DNA of 64,000 nucleotides, taken from NCBI GenBank assembly GCA_947589325.1, contig CANQAM010000007.1:21147-85146 (forward strand). Direction: 5' to 3'. This document shows positions 39,360-49,501 of this stretch, piece after piece. The notes under the pieces were generated by a model. The model saw only the letters and a program-made list of their open reading frames with translations, ran no database searches and had not been told where the DNA came from. This stretch comes from an uncultured Bacteroidales bacterium (GTDB lineage Bacteria; Bacteroidota; Bacteroidia; Bacteroidales; UBA11471). Within the stretch, counting starts at the first letter, position 1; the number at the start of each line of letters is the position of its first letter. A program made the position numbers and the translations under genes.

Positions 39360-39401
39360 TTTGTTTGTTTTTTAATGTGTATATAAAATTGAGTGTTCGT
39401 T

Positions 39402-39974
39402 TTACTTTTTCTTCGGCGTGAGCACGATAATCATGCGCTTGCCTTCGAGCAGCGGCATCTGTTCCACTTTCCCGTAATCTTCGAGGTCGTTGGCAAACCG
39501 CAGCAAGAGCACTTCGCCCTGTTCCTTGAAGAGTATCGAGCGTCCTTTGAAGAATACGTAAGCCTTGACTTTGGCGCCTTCTTCGAGGAAGCCTTTGGCG
39601 TGTTTGAGCTTGAAGTTGTAATCGTGGTCGTCGGTTTGAGGTCCGAAACGGATTTCCTTGATGACGACTTTCGTCGATTTGGCTTTTTGCTCTTTGAGCC
39701 GCTTTTTCTGCTGATAAAGAAATTTCTGGTAATCGATAACGCGGCATACCGGCGGTACGGCGTTAGGAGAAATTTCGACCAGATCGAGTTCCTGTTGTTC
39801 GGCTATCTGCAACGCATCGCGCAGGCTGTAAATGCCTTGTTCCACATTATCGCCTACCAGACGCACCTCGCGGGCGCGTATCCGTTCGTTTACGAAATAC
39901 TGGTCTTTACCGCTCTCTTTTTTCGGCGGAAAGTTGCGCTGACTGTTGTTTCCTGAGTCGTTGTTGTTCTCCAT
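39402..39974 (-). CDS. infC: translation initiation factor IF-3
   Basis: [16 protein letters not shown] and the C-terminal domain. ATG start. Canonical thrS-infC-rpmI-rplT order. Confidence 0.95.
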   Translation of the reverse strand: MENNNDSGNNSQRNFPPKKESGKDQYFVNERIRAREVRLVGDNVEQGIYSLRDALQIAEQQELDLVEISPNAVPPVCRVIDYQKFLYQQKKRLKEQKAKSTKVVIKEIRFGPQTDDHDYNFKLKHAKGFLEEGAKVKAYVFFKGRSILFKEQGEVLLLRFANDLEDYGKVEQMPLLEGKRMIIVLTPKKK

Positions 39975-39978
39975 TCAA

Positions 39979-41919
39979 TTACCATTGGTTTATCATGCTC
40001 TCCACCTCTTGGGTGAGAATCTCGGCAAAGGTAGTAATTTTCATCGAACCTTTATCACCTTCGCCCTGTTTTCTTACAGAAACTTCATTATTTTCTGCTT
40101 CTTTCTCGCCGACAATGAGCAAATAAGGTATTTTTTTCAACTCGTTGTCGCGTATTTTGCGTCCGATTTTTTCGTTGCGGTCGTCGATAGTGGCGCGAAT
40201 GTCTTTTCGGCGGAGTTCTTTGGCGACGGTGCGGGCGTAGTCGTTGAATTTCTCGCTGATAGGTATGATGACAGCCTGTTCGGGGGTGAGCCACAAGGGG
40301 AATTTTCCGGCAGTGTGCTCTATGAGCACGGCGACGAAACGCTCCATCGAACCGAACGGCGCACGGTGTATCATCACCGGACGGTGTTTCTGGTTGTCGC
40401 TGCCCGTGTATTCGAGGTCGAAGCGCTCGGGCAGGTTGTAATCGACCTGTATCGTACCGAGCTGCCAGCGGCGGCCTATGGCGTCTTTCACCATGAAGTC
40501 GAGTTTCGGGCCGTAGAAAGCGGCTTCGCCGTATTCGATTTTGGCTTTCAATCCTTTTTCTTCACAGGCTTCGATAATGGCTTGTTCCGCCTTTTCCCAG
40601 TTTTCTTCGCTGCCGATGTATTTTTCGCGGTTCACCTTGTCACGCAGCGAAATCTGCGCTTCGAAATTTTCGAAATTCATCGAGCGGAACACGATGGAGA
40701 TGATGTCCATCACCCGCAAAAATTCTTCTTTCACCTGATCGGGGCGGCAGAATATGTGGGCATCGTCCTGCGTGAAACTGCGCACGCGGGTCAGTCCGTG
40801 CAACTCGCCGCTCTGTTCGTAGCGGCACACGGTGCCGAACTCGGCAAGCCGCAAGGGCAGGTCTTTGTACGAGCGGGGCGAGTTTTTGTATATCATGCAG
40901 TGGTGCGGGCAGTTCATCGGTTTGAGGAAGTATTCCTCACCCTCTTCGGGCGTGTGTATGGGCTGGAACGAATCTTTCCCGTATTTGGCGTAGTGCCCCG
41001 AAGTGATGTACAGCAGTTTGTTTCCGATAGGCGGCGTAATGACCTCCTGATAGTCGTAGCGTGCCTGTATGCGGCGCAGGAACGATTGCAGCCGCAGCCG
41101 CAGCTCCGTGCCTTTGGGCAGCCACAAGGGCAGCCCTTTGCCCACCGTATCGGAGAAAGCGAACAGTTCCATCTCTTTTCCGATTTTGCGGTGGTCACGC
41201 TTCTTTGCCTCTTCGAGCAGAGCCAGATAGTCGTCGAGCATCTTTTTCTTCGGGAACGAAATGGCGTAGATGCGAGTGAGTTGGGGTCGCTTTTCGTCGC
41301 CGCGCCAGTAAGCTCCTGCCAGCGACAATATTTTCACCGCTTTGATAGGGGCGGTGTCGGGCAGGTGCGGACCGCGGCACAGGTCGGTGAATGCACCTTG
41401 CGTATAGGTGGTTATGGTACCGTCGTCGAGGTCGTTGATAAGCTCCACTTTATACGTTTCGTTCCGGTCGCCGAACATTTTTAAGGCATCGGCCTTCGTG
41501 ATGTTTTTCCGCACGATGGCTTCTTTGCGTGCCGACAATTCGAGCATTTTTGCCTCGATAGTCGGAAAGTCGCTCTCTTTGATAACGGTTTCGCCGCAAT
41601 CGACATCGTAATAGAATCCGTTTTCTATGGCAGGACCGATACCGAATTTTATATTCGGATAGAGTTCCTGCAACGCTTCGGCCAACAGGTGCGCCGAGCT
41701 GTGCCAAAAGGCGTGTTTTCCTTCGGCGTCGTCCCACTTGTAAAGGTGTATGGCGGCATCTTCGTCGATAGGGCGGGAGAGGTCCCATTCCTGTTCGTTG
41801 ATTTTGGCTGCCAACACTTCCTGCGCCAGTCGCGGACTGATGCTTTCGGCTATCTGCAACGGCGTGGTGCCGGCGGCAAACTCCTTGACCGAGTGATCGG
41901 GAAAAGTGATTTTTATCAT
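39979..41919 (-). CDS. thrS: threonine--tRNA ligase
   Basis: Start at ATG 41919 gives [11 protein letters not shown] (TGS domain). Class-II motifs and the anticodon-binding C-terminus are present. Confidence 0.96.
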   Translation of the reverse strand: MIKITFPDHSVKEFAAGTTPLQIAESISPRLAQEVLAAKINEQEWDLSRPIDEDAAIHLYKWDDAEGKHAFWHSSAHLLAEALQELYPNIKFGIGPAIENGFYYDVDCGETVIKESDFPTIEAKMLELSARKEAIVRKNITKADALKMFGDRNETYKVELINDLDDGTITTYTQGAFTDLCRGPHLPDTAPIKAVKILSLAGAYWRGDEKRPQLTRIYAISFPKKKMLDDYLALLEEAKKRDHRKIGKEMELFAFSDTVGKGLPLWLPKGTELRLRLQSFLRRIQARYDYQEVITPPIGNKLLYITSGHYAKYGKDSFQPIHTPEEGEEYFLKPMNCPHHCMIYKNSPRSYKDLPLRLAEFGTVCRYEQSGELHGLTRVRSFTQDDAHIFCRPDQVKEEFLRVMDIISIVFRSMNFENFEAQISLRDKVNREKYIGSEENWEKAEQAIIEACEEKGLKAKIEYGEAAFYGPKLDFMVKDAIGRRWQLGTIQVDYNLPERFDLEYTGSDNQKHRPVMIHRAPFGSMERFVAVLIEHTAGKFPLWLTPEQAVIIPISEKFNDYARTVAKELRRKDIRATIDDRNEKIGRKIRDNELKKIPYLLIVGEKEAENNEVSVRKQGEGDKGSMKITTFAEILTQEVESMINQW

Positions 41920-42018
41920 ATCTTTTTTGTCTGTACAGGCGTTTGCCTGCATTTCGTTATGTCATTGTTTTGCCTCCAACCGTTTTTATGACGATGTGCG
42001 GCATAATTTTTCAACCTG

Positions 42019-42026
42019 CAAAGGTA
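42019..42026 (-). promoter_or_regulatory. -7 promoter box (TACCTTTG) for thrS
   Basis: The reverse complement of CAAAGGTA matches TAnnTTTG. It implies a 5' UTR of roughly 90 nt. Confidence 0.5.
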
Positions 42027-42298
42027 GATAAATTTTTCGAAATACGTTCAAATACAATGCCGGATTTTTTTATAGATTTGTTTCTTAAAGTAAAAAAGGT
42101 ATATCAAACCGTAATCCGGATATTTTTTGTTTGCTGTCAATAGATTATTTTTGTACAATAAAAAATATGAAAAGAAAAATTTTTCGACCGTCGGCTTGCG
42201 CTCCTTTCGGTGTTCGGTATGGCGGCGCAGAAAGCACGGGAATCGGTCGATTTGTAATTGAAAAAAAATAGCTATCTAATTATTTGAAATAGTGGTAT

Positions 42299-42814
42299 AT
42301 GAGTAAAATTTTAATAGCCTATTTTTCATTGAAAGGCGAAACGTATGTAAACGGACGGCTTGAAATGCGTTCTGTCGGAAATACCGAGGTTATTGCCGGT
42401 AAAATAGAGGCACTTACGCATGGAGACTTGTTCCATATCGAAACGCAGGAACCTTACCTCGCCGGTTACTATGCGACCACCGAAAAAGCGCAGGAGGAGC
42501 AGCGCCGGAAAGCCCGTCCCCGTCTTACCGCCGAAGTCGGGAATATGGCGCAGTACGACACTGTTTTTCTGGGCTATCCCGATTGGTGGGGCACGATGCC
42601 CATGGCGGTGTTCACCTTTTTGGAGTCATACGATTTTTCCGGAAAAAAGATAATCCCATTCTGTACCCACGAGGGCAGCGGATTCGGACATAGCGTGGAC
42701 GACCTCAAAAAAGCCTGTCCGCGTGCCGATGTACGGCAGGGCGTTGCCATACGCGGCGGCAGTGCAGCCACAGCCGACAAAGAGGTCGCCCGCATTGTCG
42801 ATATGATGAAGTAA
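42299..42814 (+). CDS. flavodoxin-family protein
   Basis: 171 aa. MSKILIAYFSLKGET (FMN phosphate loop) and GYPDWWGTMP motifs. Confidence 0.85.
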   Translation: MSKILIAYFSLKGETYVNGRLEMRSVGNTEVIAGKIEALTHGDLFHIETQEPYLAGYYATTEKAQEEQRRKARPRLTAEVGNMAQYDTVFLGYPDWWGTMPMAVFTFLESYDFSGKKIIPFCTHEGSGFGHSVDDLKKACPRADVRQGVAIRGGSAATADKEVARIVDMMK

Positions 42815-42840
42815 CCTGAAAATATCCTGAAAAACGCCGG

Positions 42841-42885
42841 CGGCAAAACGCGGAAACAATCTCTCCGCCGTTTTGCCGTTTTTTT
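42841..42885 (+). terminator. intrinsic terminator after the flavodoxin gene
   Basis: Stem CGGCAAAACG (42841-42850) / CGTTTTGCCG (42869-42878) followed by TTTTTTT. Confidence 0.75.
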
Positions 42886-42897
42886 GTGAAATCTCGT

Positions 42898-42905
42898 TAT
42901 ATTTG
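42898..42905 (+). promoter_or_regulatory. -7 promoter box (TATATTTG) for rsmE-kdsA
   Basis: Exact TAnnTTTG, 24 nt upstream of ATG 42929. Confidence 0.55.
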
Positions 42906-42928
42906 CAACGTTGTTACAAAGGCTGACA

Positions 42929-43642
42929 ATGAATATTTTTTACACTCCGGATATTGCTTTGGTGCGGGAGCTGCCCGAAGAAGAGTCGCATCATTGCGTC
43001 AAAGTGCTGCGGCAGGTCGAGGGCGACGAACTGATGCTCGCCGACGGCGCCGGTACGTTCTATCGGGCGGTAATCGTGTCGGCGCACCCGAAACACTGCG
43101 CGGTGGATATTGTGGAGACGATACCGGCGCCGCCTGCGTGGGGCTTCCGTCTGCACGTGGCGATAGCGCCCACGAAGAATCTCGACCGCATGGAGTGGTT
43201 TGCCGAAAAATGCACCGAGATAGGCATCGATGCCATTACGCCGCTGCGCTGCCGCTATTCCGAGCGGCGCGAGATGAAAGGCGATCGCCTGCGTAAAATC
43301 GTGATTTCCGCCATGAAGCAGTCGCTTAAAGCCGTCTGTCCGCAACTCGACGAAATGACCGATTTCGACCGCTTTGTCCGACAGCCATTCTCCGGCGATA
43401 AATTTATCGCCCATTGTCAGGAGGACGAGCGCGTGCTGCTGGCTCAGCTTTATGAAGCGGGTCGCGATGCGTTGGTGCTTATTGGTCCGGAGGGCGATTT
43501 CAGCCGCGACGAAATAGCGTTGGCAACTGCCTGCGGATTCCGTGCCGTGTCGTTGGGCGACAGCCGCCTGCGCACCGAGACAGCCGGCGTGGTGGCGTGT
43601 CATACCCTGCACATTATTAATCAGATAAACCGTAAAAAATAA
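42929..43642 (+). CDS. rsmE: 16S rRNA (uracil1498-N3)-methyltransferase
   Basis: Start MNIFYTPDI.., LIGPEGDFS motif, 237 aa. Confidence 0.9.
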   Translation: MNIFYTPDIALVRELPEEESHHCVKVLRQVEGDELMLADGAGTFYRAVIVSAHPKHCAVDIVETIPAPPAWGFRLHVAIAPTKNLDRMEWFAEKCTEIGIDAITPLRCRYSERREMKGDRLRKIVISAMKQSLKAVCPQLDEMTDFDRFVRQPFSGDKFIAHCQEDERVLLAQLYEAGRDALVLIGPEGDFSRDEIALATACGFRAVSLGDSRLRTETAGVVACHTLHIINQINRKK

Positions 43643-43647
43643 CGCTC

Positions 43648-44472
43648 ATGTATCCCCGAATATCCAATCTGCATCACACCGAGTCGGGTCTCTTTTTTCT
43701 GCTGGCAGGTCCCTGCGTCATCGAAAGCGAAGATATGGCGATGCGCATCGCCGAGAAAATAGTAAGCCTTGCCGACCGCATGAAGATTCCCTATATTTTC
43801 AAAGGCTCGTATCGGAAAGACAACCGTTCGCGCCTCGACTCGTTCACCGGTATCGGCGACGAAAAGGCGTTGCACATTTTGCGCAAAGTGCGCGAAACGT
43901 TCGACGTGCCGGTCGTAACCGATATACACACTGCCGCCGAGGCCGATATGGCAGCTGCCTATGTCGATGTGTTGCAGATTCCGGCATTTCTGTGCCGGCA
44001 GACCGACCTGCTGCTGGCTGCCGCCCGCACGGGAAAAGTGGTCAATATCAAGAAAGGACAATTTCTGTCGGCGGGTGCCATGCGCTTTGCCGCCGAAAAA
44101 ATAACGGAGTCGGGCAATGAAAACGTGATGCTTACCGAGCGGGGTACCACGTTCGGCTATCAGGACTTGGTGGTCGATTATCGCGGCATTCCCGAGATGC
44201 AGGCTTTCGGCTGTCCGGTGGTGCTCGATGTAACCCATTCGCTGCAACAGCCCAACCAGACGTCGGGGGTAACCGGCGGTATGCCGAAGCTCATCGAAAC
44301 GGTGGCGCGTGCCGGCGTGGCGGTAGGGGTCGATGGGCTTTTCATGGAAACACACCCCGAGCCGGCAAAAGCCAAATCCGACGGCGCCAATATGCTCCCG
44401 CTCGACCGTTTGGAAAATCTCCTTGCCCGTCTTGTCGTTTTGCGACAGGCGGTCGATTCGTTTTCGCGATAG
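43648..44472 (+). CDS. kdsA: 3-deoxy-8-phosphooctulonate synthase
   Basis: 274 aa with FKGSYRKDNRS, IPAFLCRQTDLL and DVTHSLQQP motifs. Confidence 0.95.
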   Translation: MYPRISNLHHTESGLFFLLAGPCVIESEDMAMRIAEKIVSLADRMKIPYIFKGSYRKDNRSRLDSFTGIGDEKALHILRKVRETFDVPVVTDIHTAAEADMAAAYVDVLQIPAFLCRQTDLLLAAARTGKVVNIKKGQFLSAGAMRFAAEKITESGNENVMLTERGTTFGYQDLVVDYRGIPEMQAFGCPVVLDVTHSLQQPNQTSGVTGGMPKLIETVARAGVAVGVDGLFMETHPEPAKAKSDGANMLPLDRLENLLARLVVLRQAVDSFSR

Positions 44473-44497
44473 CCGCGACCGATTTTTCGTAAAAGAT

Positions 44498-45139
44498 TTA
44501 TTCGCAGAAGAGCGTGTGCGCCCGCACGCCCGAAAAATTTTCGATGACCGTGTCGGCAAACGCCGCCACCTCGTCGCGGGGCAGTGTGGTTGCCAGTCCC
44601 ACTACGCGCATTCCGCCGGCGCGGGCGGCTTGCAGACCGGCGCGAGAATCCTCGAAAACGACCGATTGCGCCGGCGCGGCATTCAGTCGGGCAGCCGCCA
44701 GCAGATACCCTTCGGGGTCGGGCTTCGAGCGGGTGATGTCGTCGGCGGTAATCACGATGTCGAAAAATGTCTTTAATTCGGGGTGCGCCTGCCAGAGGTT
44801 TTGTAACTTCGCTTGGTCGGAGCTGGTAACGACCGCCGTGCGTATATGCAGCGAGCGGAGCTCCGACAAGAAGTCGAGAATGCCCGGAATCAGATAAAAT
44901 TTCATTTGGCGTTCCCATTCCGCCAGCGCAGCGGCAATCTCCCGCTGCCATGCCTCGTGCCCCGCAAAATGGCGGTCGAAAATCTGGCGCACCGTATTGC
45001 CCTTGATTTTCATGCCGAAATGGTCGGTGTCGTGCAAGTAAGTCGCACCCGTTTTGTCCCAGAAAATACTGTATTGCGGTTCGGTGTCCACGATGACGCC
45101 GTCGAGGTCGAAAAGCGCAGCGGCAGGAAAGTTTCCCAT
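44498..45139 (-). CDS. HAD-IA family hydrolase (beta-phosphoglucomutase-like)
   Basis: ALFDLDGVIVDTE (motif I), VTSS (motif II), FEDSRAGLQAA (motif IV). Confidence 0.85.
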   Translation of the reverse strand: MGNFPAAALFDLDGVIVDTEPQYSIFWDKTGATYLHDTDHFGMKIKGNTVRQIFDRHFAGHEAWQREIAAALAEWERQMKFYLIPGILDFLSELRSLHIRTAVVTSSDQAKLQNLWQAHPELKTFFDIVITADDITRSKPDPEGYLLAAARLNAAPAQSVVFEDSRAGLQAARAGGMRVVGLATTLPRDEVAAFADTVIENFSGVRAHTLFCE

Positions 45140-45203
45140 ATTTTATTTATTTTGTTTAACGCTGCAAAGGAAATAAAAACCGCGCGACTATACAAATATT
45201 TCG

Positions 45204-45211
45204 TACCTTTG
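45204..45211 (+). promoter_or_regulatory. -7 promoter box (TACCTTTG) for the MATE transporter gene
   Basis: Exact TAnnTTTG, 21 nt upstream of ATG 45232. Confidence 0.55.
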
Positions 45212-45231
45212 CCGCCACAACGGAAACGGAT

Positions 45232-46590
45232 ATGGTAAACAATAATTCACCGCAGCGACTGGGAACGGCACCTATCGGAAGATTGCTGTTGGAATACTCT
45301 ATACCTGCCATCATAGCGATGACGGTCGTTTCGTTGTACAACGTCATCGACAGCATATTCATCGGGCACGGCGTGGGAGCAATGGCGATAGCCGGTTTGG
45401 CGGTAACCTTTCCGCTGATGAATCTGATTATCGCTTTCTGTACGCTGGTAGGAGTGGGCAGCGCCACCATTACCTCTATATATATGGGGCAGAAAGACCA
45501 CCGGCGGGCGACGTCGGTATTGCACCATGCCGCCATATTGTTGGCATTCAACGGCATATTGCTCACGTGCGTTACGCTCGTTTTTCTCGACCCCGTGCTG
45601 CGCTTTTTCGGCGCCAGCGAAGACACGCTGCCGTATGCCCGCGACTTCATGCGTATCATACTTTACGGCAATCCCATAGCCTACCTCTTTGTCGGATTGA
45701 ACAATGTCATGCGTGCCACCGGCTATCCCCGCAAGGCGATGTTTTCGTCCATTCTTACGGTGGCGGTCAATATCGTCGTGGCGCCGATATTCATCTTTAC
45801 ATTGAAGTGGGGTATAAAGGGTGCGGCGCTCGCTACCGTGCTGGCGCAGCTTACGGGAATGATATGGGTGCTCTCGCACTTTCTCAACCGCAACAGCTAT
45901 ATCCATTTCAAGCGCGGCTATTTTGGCTTGCAGCGCCGCATCGTCGCTTCGATTCTGAGCATCGGAATGTCGCCCTTTCTGATGAACTCGTGCGCCTGTC
46001 TGGTGGTCATCATCATCAACACGTCGCTGCTCGATTACGGCGGTAATATGGCTATCGGCGCATATGGCATCGTCAATCGCATGATGACGCTTTTCGTGAT
46101 GATTGTCTTGGGACTGGCGCAGGGCATGCAGCCGATTGTCGGCTACAACTACGGAGCTAACCGCTTCGACCGCGTGAAGCAGACACTGCATTACGGCATT
46201 TTCTGGGGCGGCTGCATCACCACCTTCGGTTTTCTGCTTAACGAATTGATACCGAGCGTTATCGTCGGACTATTTACCGACGACCCCGAGCTGCTGGAAA
46301 TCTCCCGCAACGGCTTGCGCATCATGAGTGCGGCATTTGCCATCGTAGGTATGCAGATAGTCATCACGCAATTTTTTCAATCCATCGGCAAATCGCGCAT
46401 TTCCATTTTCCTGTCGCTTTCACGGCAGCTTTTATTTCTGATACCCTGCCTGCTGATATTGCCGCCCTTTTACGGAACGAACGGCGTGTGGTGGAGCATA
46501 CCCATCACCGATACGGTAGCTTTTGTCGTCGCGCTGGCGGCATTATGGTATCATATCCGCAAAATGTCGCGCATTCACCCGTTGAAGTGA
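45232..46590 (+). CDS. MATE family efflux transporter
   Basis: 452 aa, 12 TM. N-terminus PIGRLLLEYSIPAIIAMTVVSLYNVIDSIFIG is typical of MATE proteins. Confidence 0.9.
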   Translation: MVNNNSPQRLGTAPIGRLLLEYSIPAIIAMTVVSLYNVIDSIFIGHGVGAMAIAGLAVTFPLMNLIIAFCTLVGVGSATITSIYMGQKDHRRATSVLHHAAILLAFNGILLTCVTLVFLDPVLRFFGASEDTLPYARDFMRIILYGNPIAYLFVGLNNVMRATGYPRKAMFSSILTVAVNIVVAPIFIFTLKWGIKGAALATVLAQLTGMIWVLSHFLNRNSYIHFKRGYFGLQRRIVASILSIGMSPFLMNSCACLVVIIINTSLLDYGGNMAIGAYGIVNRMMTLFVMIVLGLAQGMQPIVGYNYGANRFDRVKQTLHYGIFWGGCITTFGFLLNELIPSVIVGLFTDDPELLEISRNGLRIMSAAFAIVGMQIVITQFFQSIGKSRISIFLSLSRQLLFLIPCLLILPPFYGTNGVWWSIPITDTVAFVVALAALWYHIRKMSRIHPLK

Positions 46591-46595
46591 GCCGA

Positions 46596-47294
46596 TTATT
46601 TTATGTGAAAGAGGTATGAAATGCCCGCCCAAATCTGTTGGTGGGCAGATGCCTGAAAGTAGGCGTCTTTTCCTTTGCTGTTTTCGAAAAAGTCGTTGAG
46701 CCCGAAGTAGTAGCGGCCTTCGACGATGATGCTGTGCCGTTTCAGTTTCACCTCCATGCCGACGCCGCCGGTGATGCCGTAGTCGAATTTCGATTTTATC
46801 GGTTCGTAATACTGCTGCACTTGCAGCACCGGTGTGAATGGCGGCAGGTCGTTCACGTCGAAGCTCGACGAAACGTTTTCGGAAAACAGGACGCCGATTT
46901 GCGGACCGAGATTGAGGAATCCCCGTATCGGTTCGTTACCGAAAAAAATGTGGGAGAGAAACGGTATGGTGATGTAATTCATCGTGTGGCTGTAAGCATA
47001 GTCGCCGGTTGTTTCCCTTGAAAAATCCTCTTTCCAGCCGAATTGCGAAAAATTCACTTCGCCGATGATGCCGAAATACTTTTCCTCGATGTAACGCACC
47101 GACACGCCCATACTCATACCGGGCTGGAATTTCTCCCGCACCGACGGGCGGAACGTGACTTTCGAGAAAGTGGCTCCGCCTCTGACACCTACCGATACCG
47201 AACGGTATTTGTTGTATTTCCGTTGTGCCTGCATATCGGCGGCGCACCCCGACAGGAGTGCGAAAACAAGGCAGAGGCGCAGGAGCTGTTTCAT
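46596..47294 (-). CDS. PorT-like outer-membrane beta-barrel protein
   Basis: Start at ATG 47294 gives a signal peptide (MKQLLRLCLVFALLSG). Alternating beta-strand pattern, with a terminal aromatic near the C-terminus (..GISYLFHIK). Confidence 0.6.
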   Translation of the reverse strand: MKQLLRLCLVFALLSGCAADMQAQRKYNKYRSVSVGVRGGATFSKVTFRPSVREKFQPGMSMGVSVRYIEEKYFGIIGEVNFSQFGWKEDFSRETTGDYAYSHTMNYITIPFLSHIFFGNEPIRGFLNLGPQIGVLFSENVSSSFDVNDLPPFTPVLQVQQYYEPIKSKFDYGITGGVGMEVKLKRHSIIVEGRYYFGLNDFFENSKGKDAYFQASAHQQIWAGISYLFHIK

Positions 47295-47304
47295 CGGGGC
47301 GGAC

Positions 47305-49299
47305 TTATTCGGTAAGTAAAATTTCACGGGCGATATCGAATGTCGGCATGAAGCGGACGAAAAGAATCGCCTCGTTGTCGAATCCGCTCCAATTGTTGAT
47401 GCGGCGGAATCGGAAACACGTCTGTATGCCCGAGTAGGCGACCGATTCGATGTCGTTTTCGAAACTGCTGCCGAACCGTTGCAGCGCCGTCAGGAAAAAC
47501 AGCCCCGTGTCATATCCTAAAAATACGTGCTGCGGGTTGGCTTGCAGCATATCTTTGCGGAACCACGACAGAAAAGAATCCTGCACTTTTGCCGCTGCCG
47601 TATCGGACGGCAGGGCGTAAAAGCGCGAAAATATCGTTGTGTTCAACCGGCAGAACGGGTCGATGTATTCCTTTATATACATTTGCCATTCGGGGTAACC
47701 GTAGAGCGAAATGTTGATGCGGGGTTTGTCGTCTTTCAGTTTGGCGAGCGGAGCCACCACTTTGCCTACGGCGCCCCGACCGGTGGCGTTGGTGAGCACG
47801 AACAGGTCGGTGGCATTGGGCAGCATTTCATCGAACGTCTCCATATAGGGGTCTTGCCCGAGCGATATTTCCACGAAGTCTTTGCCCTCTTGCAGCAGTT
47901 TGGTTTTGATGCGGTCGATGTGGTCGGATTTGCTGTTTTCGCTGCCGCTGTCGTCGATGACGAAAACGACCGATTTGTTGCCGATTTCTTCAAACAGTTT
48001 GTCTCGGCTTCGGGCGTACAGGCTTTCATGCGGAATGTTGCATTGGAAAACGCGCGGGTTGCGGTTGGCTTCGTCGTTTTTCACGGCAAAGGGATTGACC
48101 ATGTTTATTCCTTCCCGATGGGCGAATGCGGCGACGGCGGAAATATCGTCGTTTTCTACGGGCCCGATAATCAGGTCGAGATTCTTTTCCGGCAGCGTGC
48201 CGATGAGCGAATCGACGACGGCGCGGCTGCCCCGTGTGTCGAGTGCGTAGATACGGAGCGACATACCGGCGCGCTTCATGCTGTCGGCTGCGAGGAGGAA
48301 CCCTTCATAAAATTCCGTGTAGAGCGACGAGCGCACATCTTCTTCACGGTCGGTCATAAACGGCAGCATGACGGCGACATTGTAGGTGCCTCCCTGTTTT
48401 GCCCGACGATGTACGGGCGCAGGTTTCTTCTCTTCGGCAACCGGCGCTTCCGCCTGTTCCTCTTTTTTCGGAACGGCTACCGTATTCCCTTTCTGCACGA
48501 GGTCTTTGCCTTTGTTTACCGCCAAGATTTCTTCCGGTGTCGTGCCGAATTTCTGGGCAACGCTTTCGAGCGTTTCCTTTTTGCTTTTTACCGTATAGTA
48601 AAATACGGCTTGCGGGTGGGAAACAGGCGTCTCCTTCGTTTCTATGTTTTTATTGTTTGAGGCGATGCGTATCACTTCGCCTATCGCCAAGTGGTGCGGG
48701 TCTAAGCCCGGATTGTCATCGACGATGCTCTCGACCGTCGTCTGGTAGCGTTTGGAGAGGGAGTAGAGCGTTTCGCCGGCAGCTATGGTGTGATAGACGT
48801 AGGCGTCCTGCGACTGTATGGGGTTTCCTTCCACCGCATTTTGCGGAATCCGCAGCGTATCGCCTACATGGATTACCTCTTCCGCTTCCGGATTGAGCGC
48901 GATAATGCGATTGACAGAAACGCCGTATATGACAGAAAGGGAATAGAGCGTTTCTCCGCTTGACACGATGTGTTTGAATATCTTTTCGGCATTCGATATT
49001 TGTGCGGTCTTGTACCTTACGGGTATGAGCAGCAGGTGTCCTTCCGACAAATTGCTCCGTTGTTTTGTTTCCGGATTATATTGGAAAATGATTTCCGGCT
49101 CTACCTCGAATTTTATGCATACGCTGTCGATGTTGTCGTTTTCTTCGATACGGTAGAGATAAAACTCCTTTCCATTGATGGTTTTGCGCGAAAAGGTCGT
49201 TTGGGGGGCAGGCTTGCGATTGGACGTTTGCGCCTCAGCTTCCGTCGGAAACAGCGACGAAACGAACAGCAGAAATAAAACAAAACGGATAAAACGCAT
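47305..49299 (-). CDS. secreted protein with four LysM domains and a type-1 periplasmic-binding-protein domain
   Basis: Start at ATG 49299 gives a signal peptide. Four LysM units (for example HIVSSGETLYSLSVIYGVSVNRIIALNP). The C-terminal ~350 aa resembles LivK-type PBP1. Confidence 0.75.
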   Translation of the reverse strand: MRFIRFVLFLLFVSSLFPTEAEAQTSNRKPAPQTTFSRKTINGKEFYLYRIEENDNIDSVCIKFEVEPEIIFQYNPETKQRSNLSEGHLLLIPVRYKTAQISNAEKIFKHIVSSGETLYSLSVIYGVSVNRIIALNPEAEEVIHVGDTLRIPQNAVEGNPIQSQDAYVYHTIAAGETLYSLSKRYQTTVESIVDDNPGLDPHHLAIGEVIRIASNNKNIETKETPVSHPQAVFYYTVKSKKETLESVAQKFGTTPEEILAVNKGKDLVQKGNTVAVPKKEEQAEAPVAEEKKPAPVHRRAKQGGTYNVAVMLPFMTDREEDVRSSLYTEFYEGFLLAADSMKRAGMSLRIYALDTRGSRAVVDSLIGTLPEKNLDLIIGPVENDDISAVAAFAHREGINMVNPFAVKNDEANRNPRVFQCNIPHESLYARSRDKLFEEIGNKSVVFVIDDSGSENSKSDHIDRIKTKLLQEGKDFVEISLGQDPYMETFDEMLPNATDLFVLTNATGRGAVGKVVAPLAKLKDDKPRINISLYGYPEWQMYIKEYIDPFCRLNTTIFSRFYALPSDTAAAKVQDSFLSWFRKDMLQANPQHVFLGYDTGLFFLTALQRFGSSFENDIESVAYSGIQTCFRFRRINNWSGFDNEAILFVRFMPTFDIAREILLTE

Positions 49300-49322
49300 G
49301 TTATCGAATTTGAAAAACGTTA

Positions 49323-49330
49323 CAAAGATA
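49323..49330 (-). promoter_or_regulatory. -7 promoter box (TATCTTTG) for the LysM-PBP gene
   Basis: The reverse complement of CAAAGATA matches TAnnTTTG, 24 nt upstream of ATG 49299. Confidence 0.55.
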
Positions 49331-49459
49331 ACGTTCTTGCACAAAAAAAACAATATCGCTATTTCTTTTCCGTAAAATGTGCTCACTCGAAATCGGAATA
49401 TTTACCGAATAAAACCAAAAATTTTTAGTGAAAAGTTTTGTAAATTCGTTTTCTGAAAC

Positions 49460-49467
49460 TATTTTTG
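49460..49467 (+). promoter_or_regulatory. -7 promoter box (TATTTTTG) for the BspA-like gene
   Basis: Exact TAnnTTTG, 35 nt upstream of ATG 49502. Confidence 0.55.
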
Positions 49468-49501
49468 TGGCGTATTTATTAACCTATTAAATTACGACAA
49501 A

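Noticed and set aside
39946-41484. A 512-aa plus-strand ORF antisense to thrS. Similar cases are 25048-26385 (antisense nusA), 31944-33512 (antisense SSS permease), 37405-38922 (antisense M24 peptidase / rplT), 8667-10025 (antisense copA), 58257-59537 (antisense DUF4861), 43621-44559 (antisense kdsA) and 45247-46191 (antisense MATE).
   Set aside because: All of these mirror strongly supported sense genes, lack motifs and have skewed R/H/G/V composition. I treat them as shadow ORFs, not overlapping genes. Ribosome profiling would be needed to argue otherwise.
41957-42004. A 15-aa [18 protein letters not shown], in the thrS leader. I considered it as a Thr-codon leader peptide.
   Set aside because: It has only 3 scattered Thr codons and no run. 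No terminator/antiterminator pair follows it. Leader-peptide attenuation is not an expected mechanism for thrS.
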